NCBI RefSeq assembly: GCF_055900595.2
Contig: NZ_CM148325.1
Strand: one strand, 5' to 3'
DNA length: 64,000 bases
Every line of letters begins with the position of its first letter. Positions within the stretch are counted from its first letter, which is position 1. The translations under genes were made by a program, and so were the position numbers. Under the pieces are notes generated by a model. It did no database searches and was not told the origin of the DNA. It saw only the letters and a program-made list of their open reading frames with translations. This document shows, one piece after another, positions 33,042-43,541 of the stretch.

Positions 33042-34016
33042 TTAGTCCGCGACGTGCGGATTCACACAGTTCTTCTCAACTTTTCCCTGTAACGCATTAA
33101 TCAAATTATCCACGGCGCAGGCGGCCATGCCATAACGCGTCTCATGGGTGGCAGAACCAATATGCGGTACGGCGACGACGTTGGCCATTGAGAGCAACGG
33201 AGAATCTACGGCCAGTGGCTCTTGTTCGAATACATCCAGCCCGGCAGCGTGAATTTCCCCTTTCTGCAATGCTGCAATCAGTGCATTTTCGTCAACCACT
33301 GGACCACGTCCGGCATTAATGAAAATGGCGGAGGATTTCATTTTGGCGAATTGTTCTGCGCCAAACAGATGATGCGTTTCATCAGTTAACGGCAGGATCA
33401 GGCAAACGAAATCTGACTCTTGTAACAGTGTATCCAAATCGCAGTAGCGGGCGTTGAAGCGTTCTTCTGCTTCTTTATGGTGGCGGCGCGCGTTATAGAG
33501 GATGGGCATATTGAAGCCAAAGTGCGCACGTTGTGCCAGCGCCATGCCGATCCGTCCCATCCCGACAATGCCCAGTGTTTTATGGTGAACGTCAGTGCCG
33601 TACCAGTCCGGGCCTATGCTCGCGGTCCATTCGCCTGCTTTTACCCGTTCTGCTACCTCCACAACCCGACGAGCGGTAGACAACACCAGCGCCATCAGCG
33701 TATCGGCGACGGTTTCCGTTAATACGGTTGGCGTGTGCATCAGCAGGATTTTTCGAGCATTAAGGGCATCGACATCAAAATTGTCATAGCCTACGGAGAT
33801 CGTTGAAGTGGCCCGCAGTTTTGGCATTTTTTCCAGTAATGCGGCGTCAACGTTTTCATTTGAACCCAGCAAGCCTTCGGCGTCGGCAAAAATTGCTGCA
33901 TTTTGTTCGACGGTTTGTGGGCTGAGGTTTGCCACCTGATGAACGGTGAAATGCTCTTGCAGGCGTTGCAGTAAATCATCAGGTAAGGCTTTGTAGAGGA
34001 TAACGGACGGCTTCAT
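33042..34016 (-). CDS. ghrB: glyoxylate/hydroxypyruvate reductase B (D-2-hydroxyacid dehydrogenase)
   Basis: [28 protein letters not shown]...; NAD-binding GxGxxG (GIVGMGRIG); 324 aa. Confidence 0.9.
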   Translation of the reverse strand: MKPSVILYKALPDDLLQRLQEHFTVHQVANLSPQTVEQNAAIFADAEGLLGSNENVDAALLEKMPKLRATSTISVGYDNFDVDALNARKILLMHTPTVLTETVADTLMALVLSTARRVVEVAERVKAGEWTASIGPDWYGTDVHHKTLGIVGMGRIGMALAQRAHFGFNMPILYNARRHHKEAEERFNARYCDLDTLLQESDFVCLILPLTDETHHLFGAEQFAKMKSSAIFINAGRGPVVDENALIAALQKGEIHAAGLDVFEQEPLAVDSPLLSMANVVAVPHIGSATHETRYGMAACAVDNLINALQGKVEKNCVNPHVAD

Positions 34017-34119
34017 TCTTCTCTCCATTCACTGATAAGGCGATCACCTTAGCCTGAAATATGATGAAGGAAAACTGAAGAATGCCAGGTGATTTTTGCA
34101 TCACCTGGCATGAAAGGGA

Positions 34120-34779
34120 TTACAGCGGGCTTAAGGTAATTTCTACACGGCGGTTTTGCGCCTTACCTTCTGCGGTGCTGTTGCTGGCGATTGGGTTAGC
34201 CGGGCCAAGGCCCTGAGTACGGATGCGGCTGGCGTCCACGCCCTGGGTGATCAACGCGCTGGCAACGGAATCCGCACGCTGCTGGGAGAGACGCATGTTC
34301 AGGTCGTGACCACCCGTGCTGTCGGTATAACCAATCACGTTAACCGCCGTTTTCGGATACTCTTTCAGCACCATTGCCACGCCGGTTAGGGTGTTAGCGC
34401 CTGCCGGTTTCAGGGTCGCGCTGCTGCTGTCGAAGGTTACATTGTTCGGCATATTGAGGATAATGTTATCCCCGCTGCGGGTTACGCTAACACCAGTGCC
34501 GCGCATTTTGTCACGTAGCTTCGCTTCCTGCACATCCATGTAATAACCAACGCCGCCGCCCAGAGCTGCACCCGCTGCTGCGCCAATCAGCGCGCCTTTA
34601 CCGCGATCTTTCTTCGAAGAAGAGAGCGCACCAATACCCGCGCCAACGAGAGAGCCCAGACCTGCGCCGATAGCAGATTTACCTGCTTCGCGTTCGCCAG
34701 TGTAAGGGTTAGTTGTGCAGCCAGATACCGCCAGAGCGCCACTCACTACGGCGGCAATAAGATAAACACGTTTCTTCAT
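34120..34779 (-). CDS. yiaD: OmpA-domain outer-membrane lipoprotein
   Basis: 219 aa; lipobox (LAVSGCTT), glycine-rich region, C-terminal OmpA-like peptidoglycan-binding motif. Confidence 0.9.
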   Translation of the reverse strand: MKKRVYLIAAVVSGALAVSGCTTNPYTGEREAGKSAIGAGLGSLVGAGIGALSSSKKDRGKGALIGAAAGAALGGGVGYYMDVQEAKLRDKMRGTGVSVTRSGDNIILNMPNNVTFDSSSATLKPAGANTLTGVAMVLKEYPKTAVNVIGYTDSTGGHDLNMRLSQQRADSVASALITQGVDASRIRTQGLGPANPIASNSTAEGKAQNRRVEITLSPL

Positions 34780-34931
34780 TGTTAATCCTTAATAACCTTT
34801 TTATTCTTTGCCACGGGTTCCGTGGCGGGAGATTATGCCGCGTGAACATGAAGATTATTCCTGGGAATACTCGGAAATTTGTAAGTAATATTTAACTGCT
34901 CAATACATCTAATCTTTCAGGAGCCTTCGGT

Positions 34932-37265
34932 TTGGCCAACTCATCCTCACGTTATTCTGTTCTTACTGCCGCTCACTGGGGGCCCATGCTGGTTGAAACC
35001 GACGGCGAAACCGTGTTTAGCTCGCGTGGCGCGTTAGTCACAGAAATGAAAAACTCCTTGCAGAGTGCGGTTCGCGACCAGGTTCACAGCAAAACACGGG
35101 TACGATTTCCAATGGTGCGCAAGGGCTTTCTCGCGTCACCGGAAAACCCGCAAGGCATTCGTGGGCAGGATGAATTTGTTCGCGTGAGTTGGGATGAGGC
35201 GCTGGATCTCATCCATCATCAACATAAACGCATTCGTGAGGCTTATGGTCCGGCATCGATTTTTGCTGGTTCCTACGGCTGGCGTTCAAACGGCGTGCTG
35301 CATAAGGCCTCGACATTATTACAACGCTATATGGCGCTGGCAGGCGGTTATACCGGGCATCTGGGGGATTATTCGACCGGTGCAGCACAGGCGATCATGC
35401 CGTATGTCGTGGGGGGCAGCGAAGTTTATCAACAGCAAACCAGTTGGCCGCTGGTGCTGGAACATAGCGATGTCGTGGTGTTGTGGAGCGCTAACCCTCT
35501 CAATACGCTGAAAATTGCGTGGAATGCATCCGATGAGCAGGGGCTTTCTTACTTTTCCGCACTGCGTGACAGCGGGAAAAAGCTGATCTGCATTGATCCA
35601 ATGCGATCGGAAACCGTCGATTTCTTTGGCGATAAAATGGAGTGGGTGGCACCGCACATGGGCACCGATGTTGCGCTGATGCTGGGGATCGCCCATACGC
35701 TGGTGGAAAATGGCTGGCACGACGAAGCGTTTCTGGCGCGTTGCACCACAGGTTATGACGTCTTCGCCTCTTATTTGCTGGGCGAGAGTGACGGAATAGC
35801 GAAAAATGCCGAATGGGCGGCAGAAATTTGTGGGATTAACGCAGAAAAAATCCGCGAACTGGCGGCTATTTTTCATCAAAATACCACCATGCTGATGGCT
35901 GGCTGGGGAATGCAGCGCCAGCAGTTTGGTGAGCAAAAACACTGGATGATCGTCACCCTGGCAGCAATGTTAGGGCAAATCGGCACGCCTGGCGGGGGCT
36001 TTGGTCTTTCTTACCATTTTGCCAATGGTGGTAACCCTACGCGCCGCGCTGCGGTGCTTTCATCTATGCAGGGCAGCTTGCCAGGTGGCACCGATGCGGT
36101 AGATAAAATCCCCGTAGCCCGTATTGTTGAAGCTCTGGAAAACCCTGGCGGTGCATACCAACACAATGGCATGAACCGTCACTTCCCGGATATTCGTTTT
36201 ATCTGGTGGGCGGGCGGCGCCAACTTTACTCATCATCAGGATACCAATCGCCTGATTCGTGCCTGGCAAAAACCGGAGCTGGTGGTGATCTCCGAATGCT
36301 TCTGGACGGCAGCGGCGAAACACGCCGATATCGTCCTCCCTGCAACCACCTCGTTTGAGCGTAATGACCTCACCATGACCGGCGATTACAGTAATCAGCA
36401 TCTGGTGCCGATGAAGCAAGTGGTGCCTCCACGTTATGAAGCGCGTAATGATTTTGATGTCTTTGCCGAGTTGAGTGAACGTTGGGAGAAGGGCGGCTAT
36501 GCGCGGTTTACGGAAGGAAAAAGTGAGCTGCAATGGCTGGAAACGTTTTATAACGTTGCACGGCAGCGCGGGGCAAGCCAGCAGGTTGAATTGCCGCCAT
36601 TTGCTGAGTTCTGGGAAGCCAACCAGTTAATTGAGATGCCGGAAAACCCGGACAGCGAGCGGTTTATTCGCTTCGCCGATTTTCGCCGCGATCCGCAGGC
36701 GCATCCATTAAAAACCGCCAGCGGCAAGATTGAAATCTTCTCGCAGCGTATTGCCGATTACGCTTATCCGGATTGCCCTGGGCATCCAATGTGGCTGGAG
36801 CCGGACGAATGGCAGGGCAATGCCGAACCGGAACAGTTGCAGGTACTTTCTGCTCATCCGGCACATCGTCTGCACAGCCAGCTGAATTACAGTTCTCTGC
36901 GCGAATTGTACGCGGTGGCAAATCGTGAGCCTGTCACCATTCATCCTGACGATGCCCAGGCGCGCGGCATACAAGATGGCGATATTGTTCGGTTGTGGAA
37001 CGCACGCGGGCAAATTCTTGCCGGAGCGGTCATTAGCGAGGGAATTAAACCTGGCGTGATTTGCATTCATGAAGGGGCATGGCCGGATCTGGATTTAACC
37101 GCTGACGGTATTTGTAAAAACGGCGCGGTGAACGTTCTGACCAAAGATCTCCCCAGCTCGCGGCTGGGGAATGGCTGTGCGGGTAATACGGCGCTGGCAT
37201 GGCTGGAAAAATACAACGGTCCGGAACTGACACTTACAGCGTTTGAACCACCGGCCAGCTCATAA
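34932..37265 (+). CDS. bisC: biotin sulfoxide reductase (molybdopterin oxidoreductase)
   Basis: 777-aa ORF beginning with TTG at 34932 ([25 protein letters not shown]...); DMSO-reductase-family motifs. Confidence 0.9.
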   Translation: MANSSSRYSVLTAAHWGPMLVETDGETVFSSRGALVTEMKNSLQSAVRDQVHSKTRVRFPMVRKGFLASPENPQGIRGQDEFVRVSWDEALDLIHHQHKRIREAYGPASIFAGSYGWRSNGVLHKASTLLQRYMALAGGYTGHLGDYSTGAAQAIMPYVVGGSEVYQQQTSWPLVLEHSDVVVLWSANPLNTLKIAWNASDEQGLSYFSALRDSGKKLICIDPMRSETVDFFGDKMEWVAPHMGTDVALMLGIAHTLVENGWHDEAFLARCTTGYDVFASYLLGESDGIAKNAEWAAEICGINAEKIRELAAIFHQNTTMLMAGWGMQRQQFGEQKHWMIVTLAAMLGQIGTPGGGFGLSYHFANGGNPTRRAAVLSSMQGSLPGGTDAVDKIPVARIVEALENPGGAYQHNGMNRHFPDIRFIWWAGGANFTHHQDTNRLIRAWQKPELVVISECFWTAAAKHADIVLPATTSFERNDLTMTGDYSNQHLVPMKQVVPPRYEARNDFDVFAELSERWEKGGYARFTEGKSELQWLETFYNVARQRGASQQVELPPFAEFWEANQLIEMPENPDSERFIRFADFRRDPQAHPLKTASGKIEIFSQRIADYAYPDCPGHPMWLEPDEWQGNAEPEQLQVLSAHPAHRLHSQLNYSSLRELYAVANREPVTIHPDDAQARGIQDGDIVRLWNARGQILAGAVISEGIKPGVICIHEGAWPDLDLTADGICKNGAVNVLTKDLPSSRLGNGCAGNTALAWLEKYNGPELTLTAFEPPASS

Positions 37266-37674
37266 TCCAGGTGGGTAGTTGGGTTTCATCCTGCCATGCG
37301 CAGTCGACAATGTGAAAACCCTGCGCATGGTAAAAATCTATCGCCGGTTGATTTTTTTGATAAACCTCCAGCATCAGATGGGGATGGCGCTGCTGCACAT
37401 ACTGCATTAGCGCCTTACCAATACCGCGTCTGACGGCCTTCGGTGCGACAAACATTGCAGCCAGAAATCGGCCTTCCATAATGCTGACAAAACCGAGAAG
37501 CTTACCGTCTTCTTCCCAGACCCAGTTTTGCGCGTTGGCAAGATAGGCATCCCGCACCAGCGGAATGCAATCACGCCAGTAATTCGCTTTTATAAAGGGA
37601 TGCCCCCAGGTTGTACTTTCCAGCCACAATTCGAGGATCGCGGGGAGTTCTGAACGTTGCGCTTCCCGAATCAT
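37234..37674 (-). CDS. yiaC: GNAT-family N-acetyltransferase
   Basis: 146-aa ORF; 3' end overlaps bisC 3' end by 32 bp (convergent); start overlaps tag stop (ATGA). Confidence 0.85.
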   Translation of the reverse strand: MIREAQRSELPAILELWLESTTWGHPFIKANYWRDCIPLVRDAYLANAQNWVWEEDGKLLGFVSIMEGRFLAAMFVAPKAVRRGIGKALMQYVQQRHPHLMLEVYQKNQPAIDFYHAQGFHIVDCAWQDETQLPTWIMSWPVVQTL

Positions 37675-38234
37675 GGTTTATTTCCCGGATAGCAACAGCA
37701 GCCAACCACATGATCATTCACCAGCCCACATGCCTGCATAAAGGAGTAACAGATTGTGGTACCAACAAACTTAAAACCACGCTTTTTCAGGGCTTTAGAT
37801 AGAGCGTCGGAGGCGGGCGTAGATGTAGGGATTTCGCTCAACGTTGTGGCTTGTGTCACCTGTGGTTGATGATTGACAAACGACCAAACAAAGTCGGCAA
37901 ACGGTTCGCCGTTCTGTTCCATTTGCAGGTACGCTCGCGCATTACCAATAATTGCCTGAATTTTCCCGCGATGGCGGATAATCCCGGCGTCCTGTACCAG
38001 TCTTTCGACGTCCTCTTCCTGCATTGCAGCCACCTTCACCGGATCGAACTGATGAAAGCAGGCGCGATAGTTTTCGCGTTTTTTGAGGACGGTGATCCAC
38101 GATAACCCTGCTTGTTGCCCTTCAAGGCAGATCATTTCGAACAGTTTTTTACTGTCAGTTTCAGGCACGCCCCACTCATTATCATGGTAGGCAATATAAA
38201 GCGGGTCCTGACTCACCCAGCCGCAACGTTCCAT
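37671..38234 (-). CDS. tag: DNA-3-methyladenine glycosylase I
   Basis: Start at MERCGWVSQDPLYIAYHDNEWGVPETD gives 187 aa; track ORF carries a 79-codon upstream extension. Confidence 0.9.
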   Translation of the reverse strand: MERCGWVSQDPLYIAYHDNEWGVPETDSKKLFEMICLEGQQAGLSWITVLKKRENYRACFHQFDPVKVAAMQEEDVERLVQDAGIIRHRGKIQAIIGNARAYLQMEQNGEPFADFVWSFVNHQPQVTQATTLSEIPTSTPASDALSKALKKRGFKFVGTTICYSFMQACGLVNDHVVGCCCYPGNKP

Positions 38235-38391
38235 ACTTTCCCTCGCTATGTACCCGATCGTAAAAATTTCAGCCGCTTTTCTTGACGCATCGGTGAAAAA
38301 GTCAATATTTAATACAGGGCTACTATGCCCGATATCCTTCATACAATGACAATAATATTGCCGAATTCGGCTCTTCTCTGGAGTCGTGTTA

Positions 38392-39090
38392 ATGATCATA
38401 AAAAAAAGCGGTGGTCGCTGGCAGTTAAGCCTGCTGGCGAGCGTGGTAATCAGTGCCTTTTTTCTCAACACAGCTTACGCCTGGCAACAAGAATATATCG
38501 TTGATACGCAACCCGGACATTCCACAGAGCGCTACACCTGGGATAGCGATCATCAACCTGATTACAACGATATTCTGTCGCAACGTATTCAAAGTAGCCA
38601 AAGGGCGCTGGGACTGGAAGTCAATCTGGCGGAAGAAACCCCTGTGGATGTGACCAGCAGTATGAGTATGGGCTGGAATTTTCCTTTATATGAACAGGTT
38701 ACAACCGGCCCGGTCGCGGCATTACATTACGATGGTACAACCACCTCGATGTATAACGAGTTTGGCGACAGTACTACTACACTGACTGATCCGTTATGGC
38801 ATGCCAGCGTGAGTACCTTAGGCTGGCGTGTTGACTCCCGGCTTGGCGATCTCCGACCCTGGGCGCAAATCAGCTATAACCAGCAATTTGGCGAGAATAT
38901 CTGGAAGGCGCAATCAGGCTTAAGCCGGATGACGGCGACAAACCAGAACGGCAACTGGCTGGATGTCACGGTAGGTGCTGATATGTTGCTCAATCAAAAT
39001 ATTGCCGCCTACGCTGCGTTATCTCAGGCAGAAAATACCACGAACAATAATGACTATCTGTATACGATGGGGGTTAGTGCCAGATTTTAA
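38392..39090 (+). CDS. yhjY: YhjY, predicted outer-membrane beta-barrel (autotransporter-domain-like) protein
   Basis: 232 aa with signal peptide MIIKKSGGRWQLSLLASVVISAFFLNTAYA; C-terminal aromatic residue (…RF). Confidence 0.8.
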   Translation: MIIKKSGGRWQLSLLASVVISAFFLNTAYAWQQEYIVDTQPGHSTERYTWDSDHQPDYNDILSQRIQSSQRALGLEVNLAEETPVDVTSSMSMGWNFPLYEQVTTGPVAALHYDGTTTSMYNEFGDSTTTLTDPLWHASVSTLGWRVDSRLGDLRPWAQISYNQQFGENIWKAQSGLSRMTATNQNGNWLDVTVGADMLLNQNIAAYAALSQAENTTNNNDYLYTMGVSARF

Positions 39091-39204
39091 CGTAACAGTC
39101 ACAATTAAAACCATTGAATAACAACAGTTGTGGCGATAGTGGGTGCTAACTTACCAAATAATAAATTTGGTGAATAATTGTCACGTCATTCATTCCTGAA
39201 CTAA

Positions 39205-39235
39205 GGCATTTCATTCCGTTCTGATGGCATTTCAT
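39205..39235 (+). promoter_or_regulatory. Direct repeat GGCATTTCAT-N11-GGCATTTCAT upstream of yhjX (YpdB/LytTR-type response-regulator site)
   Basis: Two identical 10-mers at 39205..39214 and 39226..39235, about 85 bp upstream of the yhjX ATG; matches the motif reported for YpdB control of yhjX (from memory). Confidence 0.6.
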
Positions 39236-39318
39236 GCCGTTTTTCCCCAGGCATAAAGTGCACTTCGTTATGGTTGTCAGCAGAGATTTTTCCTTTTTAT
39301 TACTGCAGGAATACTGCC

Positions 39319-40527
39319 ATGACACCTTCAAATTATCAGCGTACTCGCTGGCTGACACTCATCGGTACTATCATTACCCAGTTTGCCCTGGGGTCGGTTT
39401 ATACCTGGAGTCTGTTTAACGGCGCGCTTTCTGCCAAGCTGGGGGCTCCGGTAAGCCAGGTTGCTTTCTCTTTCGGCTTGTTAAGTCTGGGGCTGGCAAT
39501 TTCGTCTTCTGTTGCGGGCAAATTGCAAGAACGTTTTGGTGTTAAACGCGTCACTATGGCTTCCGGCATTTTGCTGGGATTAGGTTTCTTCCTGACAGCA
39601 CATTCCAACAACCTGATGATGCTGTGGTTAAGCGCCGGTGTGTTGGTTGGTCTGGCGGATGGTGCGGGCTACCTGCTGACGCTCTCAAACTGCGTGAAGT
39701 GGTTCCCGGAGCGTAAGGGACTCATCTCTGCTTTCGCTATTGGTTCTTATGGACTTGGTAGTCTGGGTTTCAAATTTATCGATACGCAACTGTTGGAAAC
39801 GGTCGGTCTGGAAAAAACCTTTGTTATTTGGGGCGCGATTGTACTGGTGATGATTATCTTTGGCGCAACGTTAATGAAAGATGCGCCGAAACAGGAAGTG
39901 AAAACCAGCAATGGTGTGGTGGAGAAGGATTACACGCTGGCAGAGTCGATGCGTAAACCGCAGTACTGGATGTTAGCAGTTATGTTCCTGACTGCCTGCA
40001 TGAGTGGCCTGTATGTGATTGGCGTGGCGAAAGATATCGCTCAAAGTCTGGCGCATCTTGATGCAATTTCCGCAGCCAATGCTGTGACGGTTATTTCCAT
40101 CGCCAACCTTTCTGGTCGTCTGGTGCTGGGCATTCTGTCTGACAAAATCGCCCGTATCCGTGTTATCACCATTGGTCAGGTCATTTCGCTGGTGGGCATG
40201 GCGGCCCTGCTGTTTGCCCCATTGAATGCAGTGACGTTCTTTGCAGCGATTGCCTGCGTGGCATTTAACTTCGGCGGCACTATCACGGTGTTCCCGTCAC
40301 TGGTCAGTGAGTTCTTCGGCCTAAATAATCTGGCAAAAAACTACGGTGTGATTTACCTCGGTTTCGGTATCGGCAGCATTTGTGGTTCGATTATCGCTTC
40401 ACTGTTTGGCGGATTCTATGTGACTTTCTACGTGATTTTCGCCCTGCTGATTCTGTCACTGGCGCTTTCTACGACGATTCGCCAGCCAGAGCAGAAAATG
40501 TTGCGTGAGGCGCATGGCTCCCTTTAA
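39319..40527 (+). CDS. yhjX: MFS transporter (oxalate/formate antiporter family), pyruvate-inducible
   Basis: Start at MTPSNYQRTRWLTLIGTIITQFALGSVYTWS gives 402 aa; 12 predicted TM segments. Confidence 0.9.
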   Translation: MTPSNYQRTRWLTLIGTIITQFALGSVYTWSLFNGALSAKLGAPVSQVAFSFGLLSLGLAISSSVAGKLQERFGVKRVTMASGILLGLGFFLTAHSNNLMMLWLSAGVLVGLADGAGYLLTLSNCVKWFPERKGLISAFAIGSYGLGSLGFKFIDTQLLETVGLEKTFVIWGAIVLVMIIFGATLMKDAPKQEVKTSNGVVEKDYTLAESMRKPQYWMLAVMFLTACMSGLYVIGVAKDIAQSLAHLDAISAANAVTVISIANLSGRLVLGILSDKIARIRVITIGQVISLVGMAALLFAPLNAVTFFAAIACVAFNFGGTITVFPSLVSEFFGLNNLAKNYGVIYLGFGIGSICGSIIASLFGGFYVTFYVIFALLILSLALSTTIRQPEQKMLREAHGSL

Positions 40528-40610
40528 TGACCTGCCGCGAGCTACTGGGCTTTAGCCTTAGTGTGAATCAAACGCTTCAACGCAATGTATAAACAATGAC
40601 GCGTAAAATT

Positions 40611-40635
40611 TGGGCCAGTGAACTGGCCCTTTTTA
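40611..40635 (+). terminator. yhjX terminator
   Basis: GGGCCAGTGAACTGGCCC followed by TTTTTAC. Confidence 0.7.
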
Positions 40636-40850
40636 CTGCTTTTTGTAACGCTAAAGTCTCTTTTCAAACTTGCATTTTTGTAAATTTGTGCTTCATGCAC
40701 ACTCTTTCCCCACACTTTTTCCCTTTGCTGTGGTCTACTTATTCGCGCGTGTAGATTTTACTTATCTGACTACCTCCGCACTTTTCCCCTGCCGGGCCTG
40801 AAAAGCCACAAAGCAGGGTGTTATCACCTGTTTGTCCAGGGTTTGTTTGC

Positions 40851-42542
40851 ATGAGATACATCAAATCGATTACACAGCAGAAGCTGAGCTTTTTGCTTGC
40901 AATCTATATTGGCCTTTTTATGAATGGCGCGGTTTTTTACCGCCGCTTCGGCAGCTATGCGCACGATTTTACCGTCTGGAAAGGCATTTCTGCTGTTGTT
41001 GAACTGGCCGCCACCGTACTGGTGACCTTCTTTTTACTACGTCTTCTTTCGCTATTTGGCCGCCGCAGCTGGCGAATTCTGGCATCGCTGGTGGTGCTCT
41101 TTTCCGCAGGTGCCAGCTATTACATGACCTTCCTTAATGTGGTCATTGGTTATGGCATCATCGCTTCCGTCATGACCACCGATATCGACCTGTCAAAAGA
41201 AGTTGTTGGTCTGAACTTTATTCTCTGGTTAATCGCCGTTAGCGCATTGCCTCTTATCCTTATCTGGAATAACCGCTGTCACTACACCTTGCTCCGACAA
41301 CTGCGAACCCCAGGGCAGCGTATTCGCAGCCTGGCGGTCGTCGTACTGGCAGGTATTATGGTTTGGGCACCGATTCGTTTGCTGGATATCCAGCAGAAGA
41401 AAGTGGAGAGGGCGACAGGTGTTGATTTGCCGAGTTATGGTGGCGTTGTCGCGAACTCTTATCTGCCATCAAACTGGCTTTCGGCGTTAGGTCTTTATGC
41501 CTGGGCGCGGGTCGATGAATCTTCCGATAACAATTCTCTCCTTAACCCTGCGAAGAAGTTTACGTACCAGGCTCCACAAAACGTTGATGATACATATGTC
41601 GTTTTCATTATTGGTGAAACCACGCGCTGGGATCATATGGGCATTTTCGGCTATGAACGCAATACCACACCGAAACTGGCTCAGGAGAAAAATCTGGCGG
41701 CGTTTCGTGGCTATTCTTGTGACACGGCGACCAAACTTTCTCTGCGTTGCATGTTTGTGCGTCAGGGTGGAGCAGAAGATAATCCGCAGCGCACATTAAA
41801 AGAACAGAACATTTTCGCGGTATTGAAGCAGTTAGGATTCAGTTCTGATCTCTACGCTATGCAAAGCGAAATGTGGTTCTACAGCAACACGATGGCAGAC
41901 AACATTGCTTATCGTGAGCAGATTGGTGCGGAGCCACGTAACCGTGGCAAGCCGGTAGATGATATGTTGCTGGTAGACGAAATGCGGCAATCGCTGGGGC
42001 GCAACCCGGATGGCAAGCATCTGATCATTTTGCATACCAAAGGTTCGCACTTTAACTACACCCAGCGTTACCCGCGCAGCTTTGCGCAGTGGAAGCCGGA
42101 ATGTATTGGTGTTGATAGCGGCTGTACTAAAGCGCAGATGATCAACTCCTATGACAACTCGGTGACCTATGTGGATCACTTTATCTCCAGCGTGATTGAT
42201 CAGGTTCGCGATAAGAAAGCGATTGTGTTCTACGCAGCTGACCACGGTGAGTCAATTAATGAACGCGAGCACCTGCACGGCACGCCGCGTGAACTGGCAC
42301 CGCCGGAGCAGTTCCGTGTGCCGATGATGGTCTGGATGTCAGATAAATATCTGGAAAATCCGGTCAATGCGCAGGCATTTGCGCAGCTGAAAAAAGAAGC
42401 CGACATGAAAGTGCCACGCCGTCACGTAGAGCTGTACGACACCATCATGGGTTGTCTTGGCTATACTTCACCGGATGGTGGAATTAACGAAAACAACAAC
42501 TGGTGCCACATCCCGCAGGCAAAAGAGGCAGCGGCTAACTAA
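40851..42542 (+). CDS. eptB: Kdo2-lipid A phosphoethanolamine transferase
   Basis: Start at [30 protein letters not shown] gives 563 aa; sulfatase-domain C-terminus. Confidence 0.9.
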   Translation: MRYIKSITQQKLSFLLAIYIGLFMNGAVFYRRFGSYAHDFTVWKGISAVVELAATVLVTFFLLRLLSLFGRRSWRILASLVVLFSAGASYYMTFLNVVIGYGIIASVMTTDIDLSKEVVGLNFILWLIAVSALPLILIWNNRCHYTLLRQLRTPGQRIRSLAVVVLAGIMVWAPIRLLDIQQKKVERATGVDLPSYGGVVANSYLPSNWLSALGLYAWARVDESSDNNSLLNPAKKFTYQAPQNVDDTYVVFIIGETTRWDHMGIFGYERNTTPKLAQEKNLAAFRGYSCDTATKLSLRCMFVRQGGAEDNPQRTLKEQNIFAVLKQLGFSSDLYAMQSEMWFYSNTMADNIAYREQIGAEPRNRGKPVDDMLLVDEMRQSLGRNPDGKHLIILHTKGSHFNYTQRYPRSFAQWKPECIGVDSGCTKAQMINSYDNSVTYVDHFISSVIDQVRDKKAIVFYAADHGESINEREHLHGTPRELAPPEQFRVPMMVWMSDKYLENPVNAQAFAQLKKEADMKVPRRHVELYDTIMGCLGYTSPDGGINENNNWCHIPQAKEAAAN

Positions 42543-42633
42543 GAAGCCTGCTGACTTTCTCGCCGATCAAAAGGCATTTTGCTATTAAGGGATTGACGAG
42601 GGCGTATCTGCGCAGTAAGATGCGCCCCGCATT

Positions 42634-42710
<77 letters not shown>

Positions 42711-42719
42711 ATTTAGAAA

Positions 42720-42745
42720 AACCAGCCTACGGGCTGGTTTTTTGC
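42720..42745 (+). terminator. proK terminator
   Basis: CCAGCCTACGGGCTGG followed by TTTTTTGC, 10 nt after the tRNA 3' end. Confidence 0.8.
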
Positions 42746-42759
42746 TTTCTGCGACCTGA

Positions 42760-42885
42760 AGAGGATAAGAACCTCCGGGGGCAGAGAGGTTCGACTCGAG
42801 CAAAGCGAGAGAACGTTGCGTCAGCAACGGCCCGCAGGGCGAGCCACGCAGTGGCGAGTAATCCTCTGGCACCGACCAAATCTGA
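42760..42885. other. Degenerate tRNA-like segment ending in a near-copy of the proK 3' end
   Basis: AATCCTCTGGCACCGACCAA (42860..42880) versus proK 3' end AATCCTCTATCACCGACCAA; upstream GAGGTTCGACTC resembles a T-arm. Confidence 0.4.
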
Positions 42886-42889
42886 ACGT

Positions 42890-42970
42890 AGGCCTGATAA
42901 GACGCGTCAGCGCCGCATCAGGCAACGGCACCGCACTTATTGTCGGATGCGGCGTGAACGCCTTATCTGA
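42890..42970. repeat. REP/BIME palindromic elements
   Basis: GCCTGATAAGACGCGTCAGCGCCGCATCAGGC and GTCGGATGCGGCGTGAACGCCTTATCTGACC. Confidence 0.8.
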
Positions 42971-43339
42971 CCGACACACCACATATTTCCCTGCCAAATT
43001 TGCGCCCCACATCTCACTATCCATTAACGGATTTGTGACAGAATCCATTGTCTTTTTTTATATTTGCTTAAATCTTTTTTTGCGTTACTTATGGCTGGCG
43101 CTGGCATTTTCCGCTGTGCGTTTTAGCGTTCATGGTATTAATCGCTCAGATATCCATCTTTTCCTCAGATTTTTTTCATTAAATGCATAAAACTTAATCA
43201 CCAAATGTTGCTAAATATTAAGCTGATTGTTCTGGTTATGTTGGCGTAGCACAAATTTCTCTGCTGCAAATAGCTGTTTGAAGTTTTTTTAATCTTTGTT
43301 TGTGGATTCTCACCGTTGGTGTAAATCCCGGTTGGCTGT

Positions 43340-43541
43340 ATTGACGTTTTCACATTCTGTTGACAGATTGTAGGTCACGAGGGGCATTTTATGGAGGATC
43401 CGCACTGTTACACTGATGTTAATTAGTACGGCATCCCCACCTCATAACGTTGACCCGACCGGGTAAAAAACAAAAAAGGTCAGGCAGCGACAACCCACTG
43501 CAAAGGGTTAAAACAACAAACATCACAATTGGAGCAGAATA
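43340..43541 (+). promoter_or_regulatory. dppA promoter and long 5' leader
   Basis: TTGACA-like hexamers at about 43341 and 43360; long untranslated leader before the dppA ATG; known sRNA (GcvB) target in E. coli; exact start site not determined. Confidence 0.4.

Noticed and set aside
43381-43400. BamHI (GGATCC) site in the dppA leader and XhoI (CTCGAG) at about 42791 as possible cloning scars
   Set aside because: Isolated 6-bp sites are expected by chance in 64 kb; no vector-like sequence, resistance gene or polylinker nearby.
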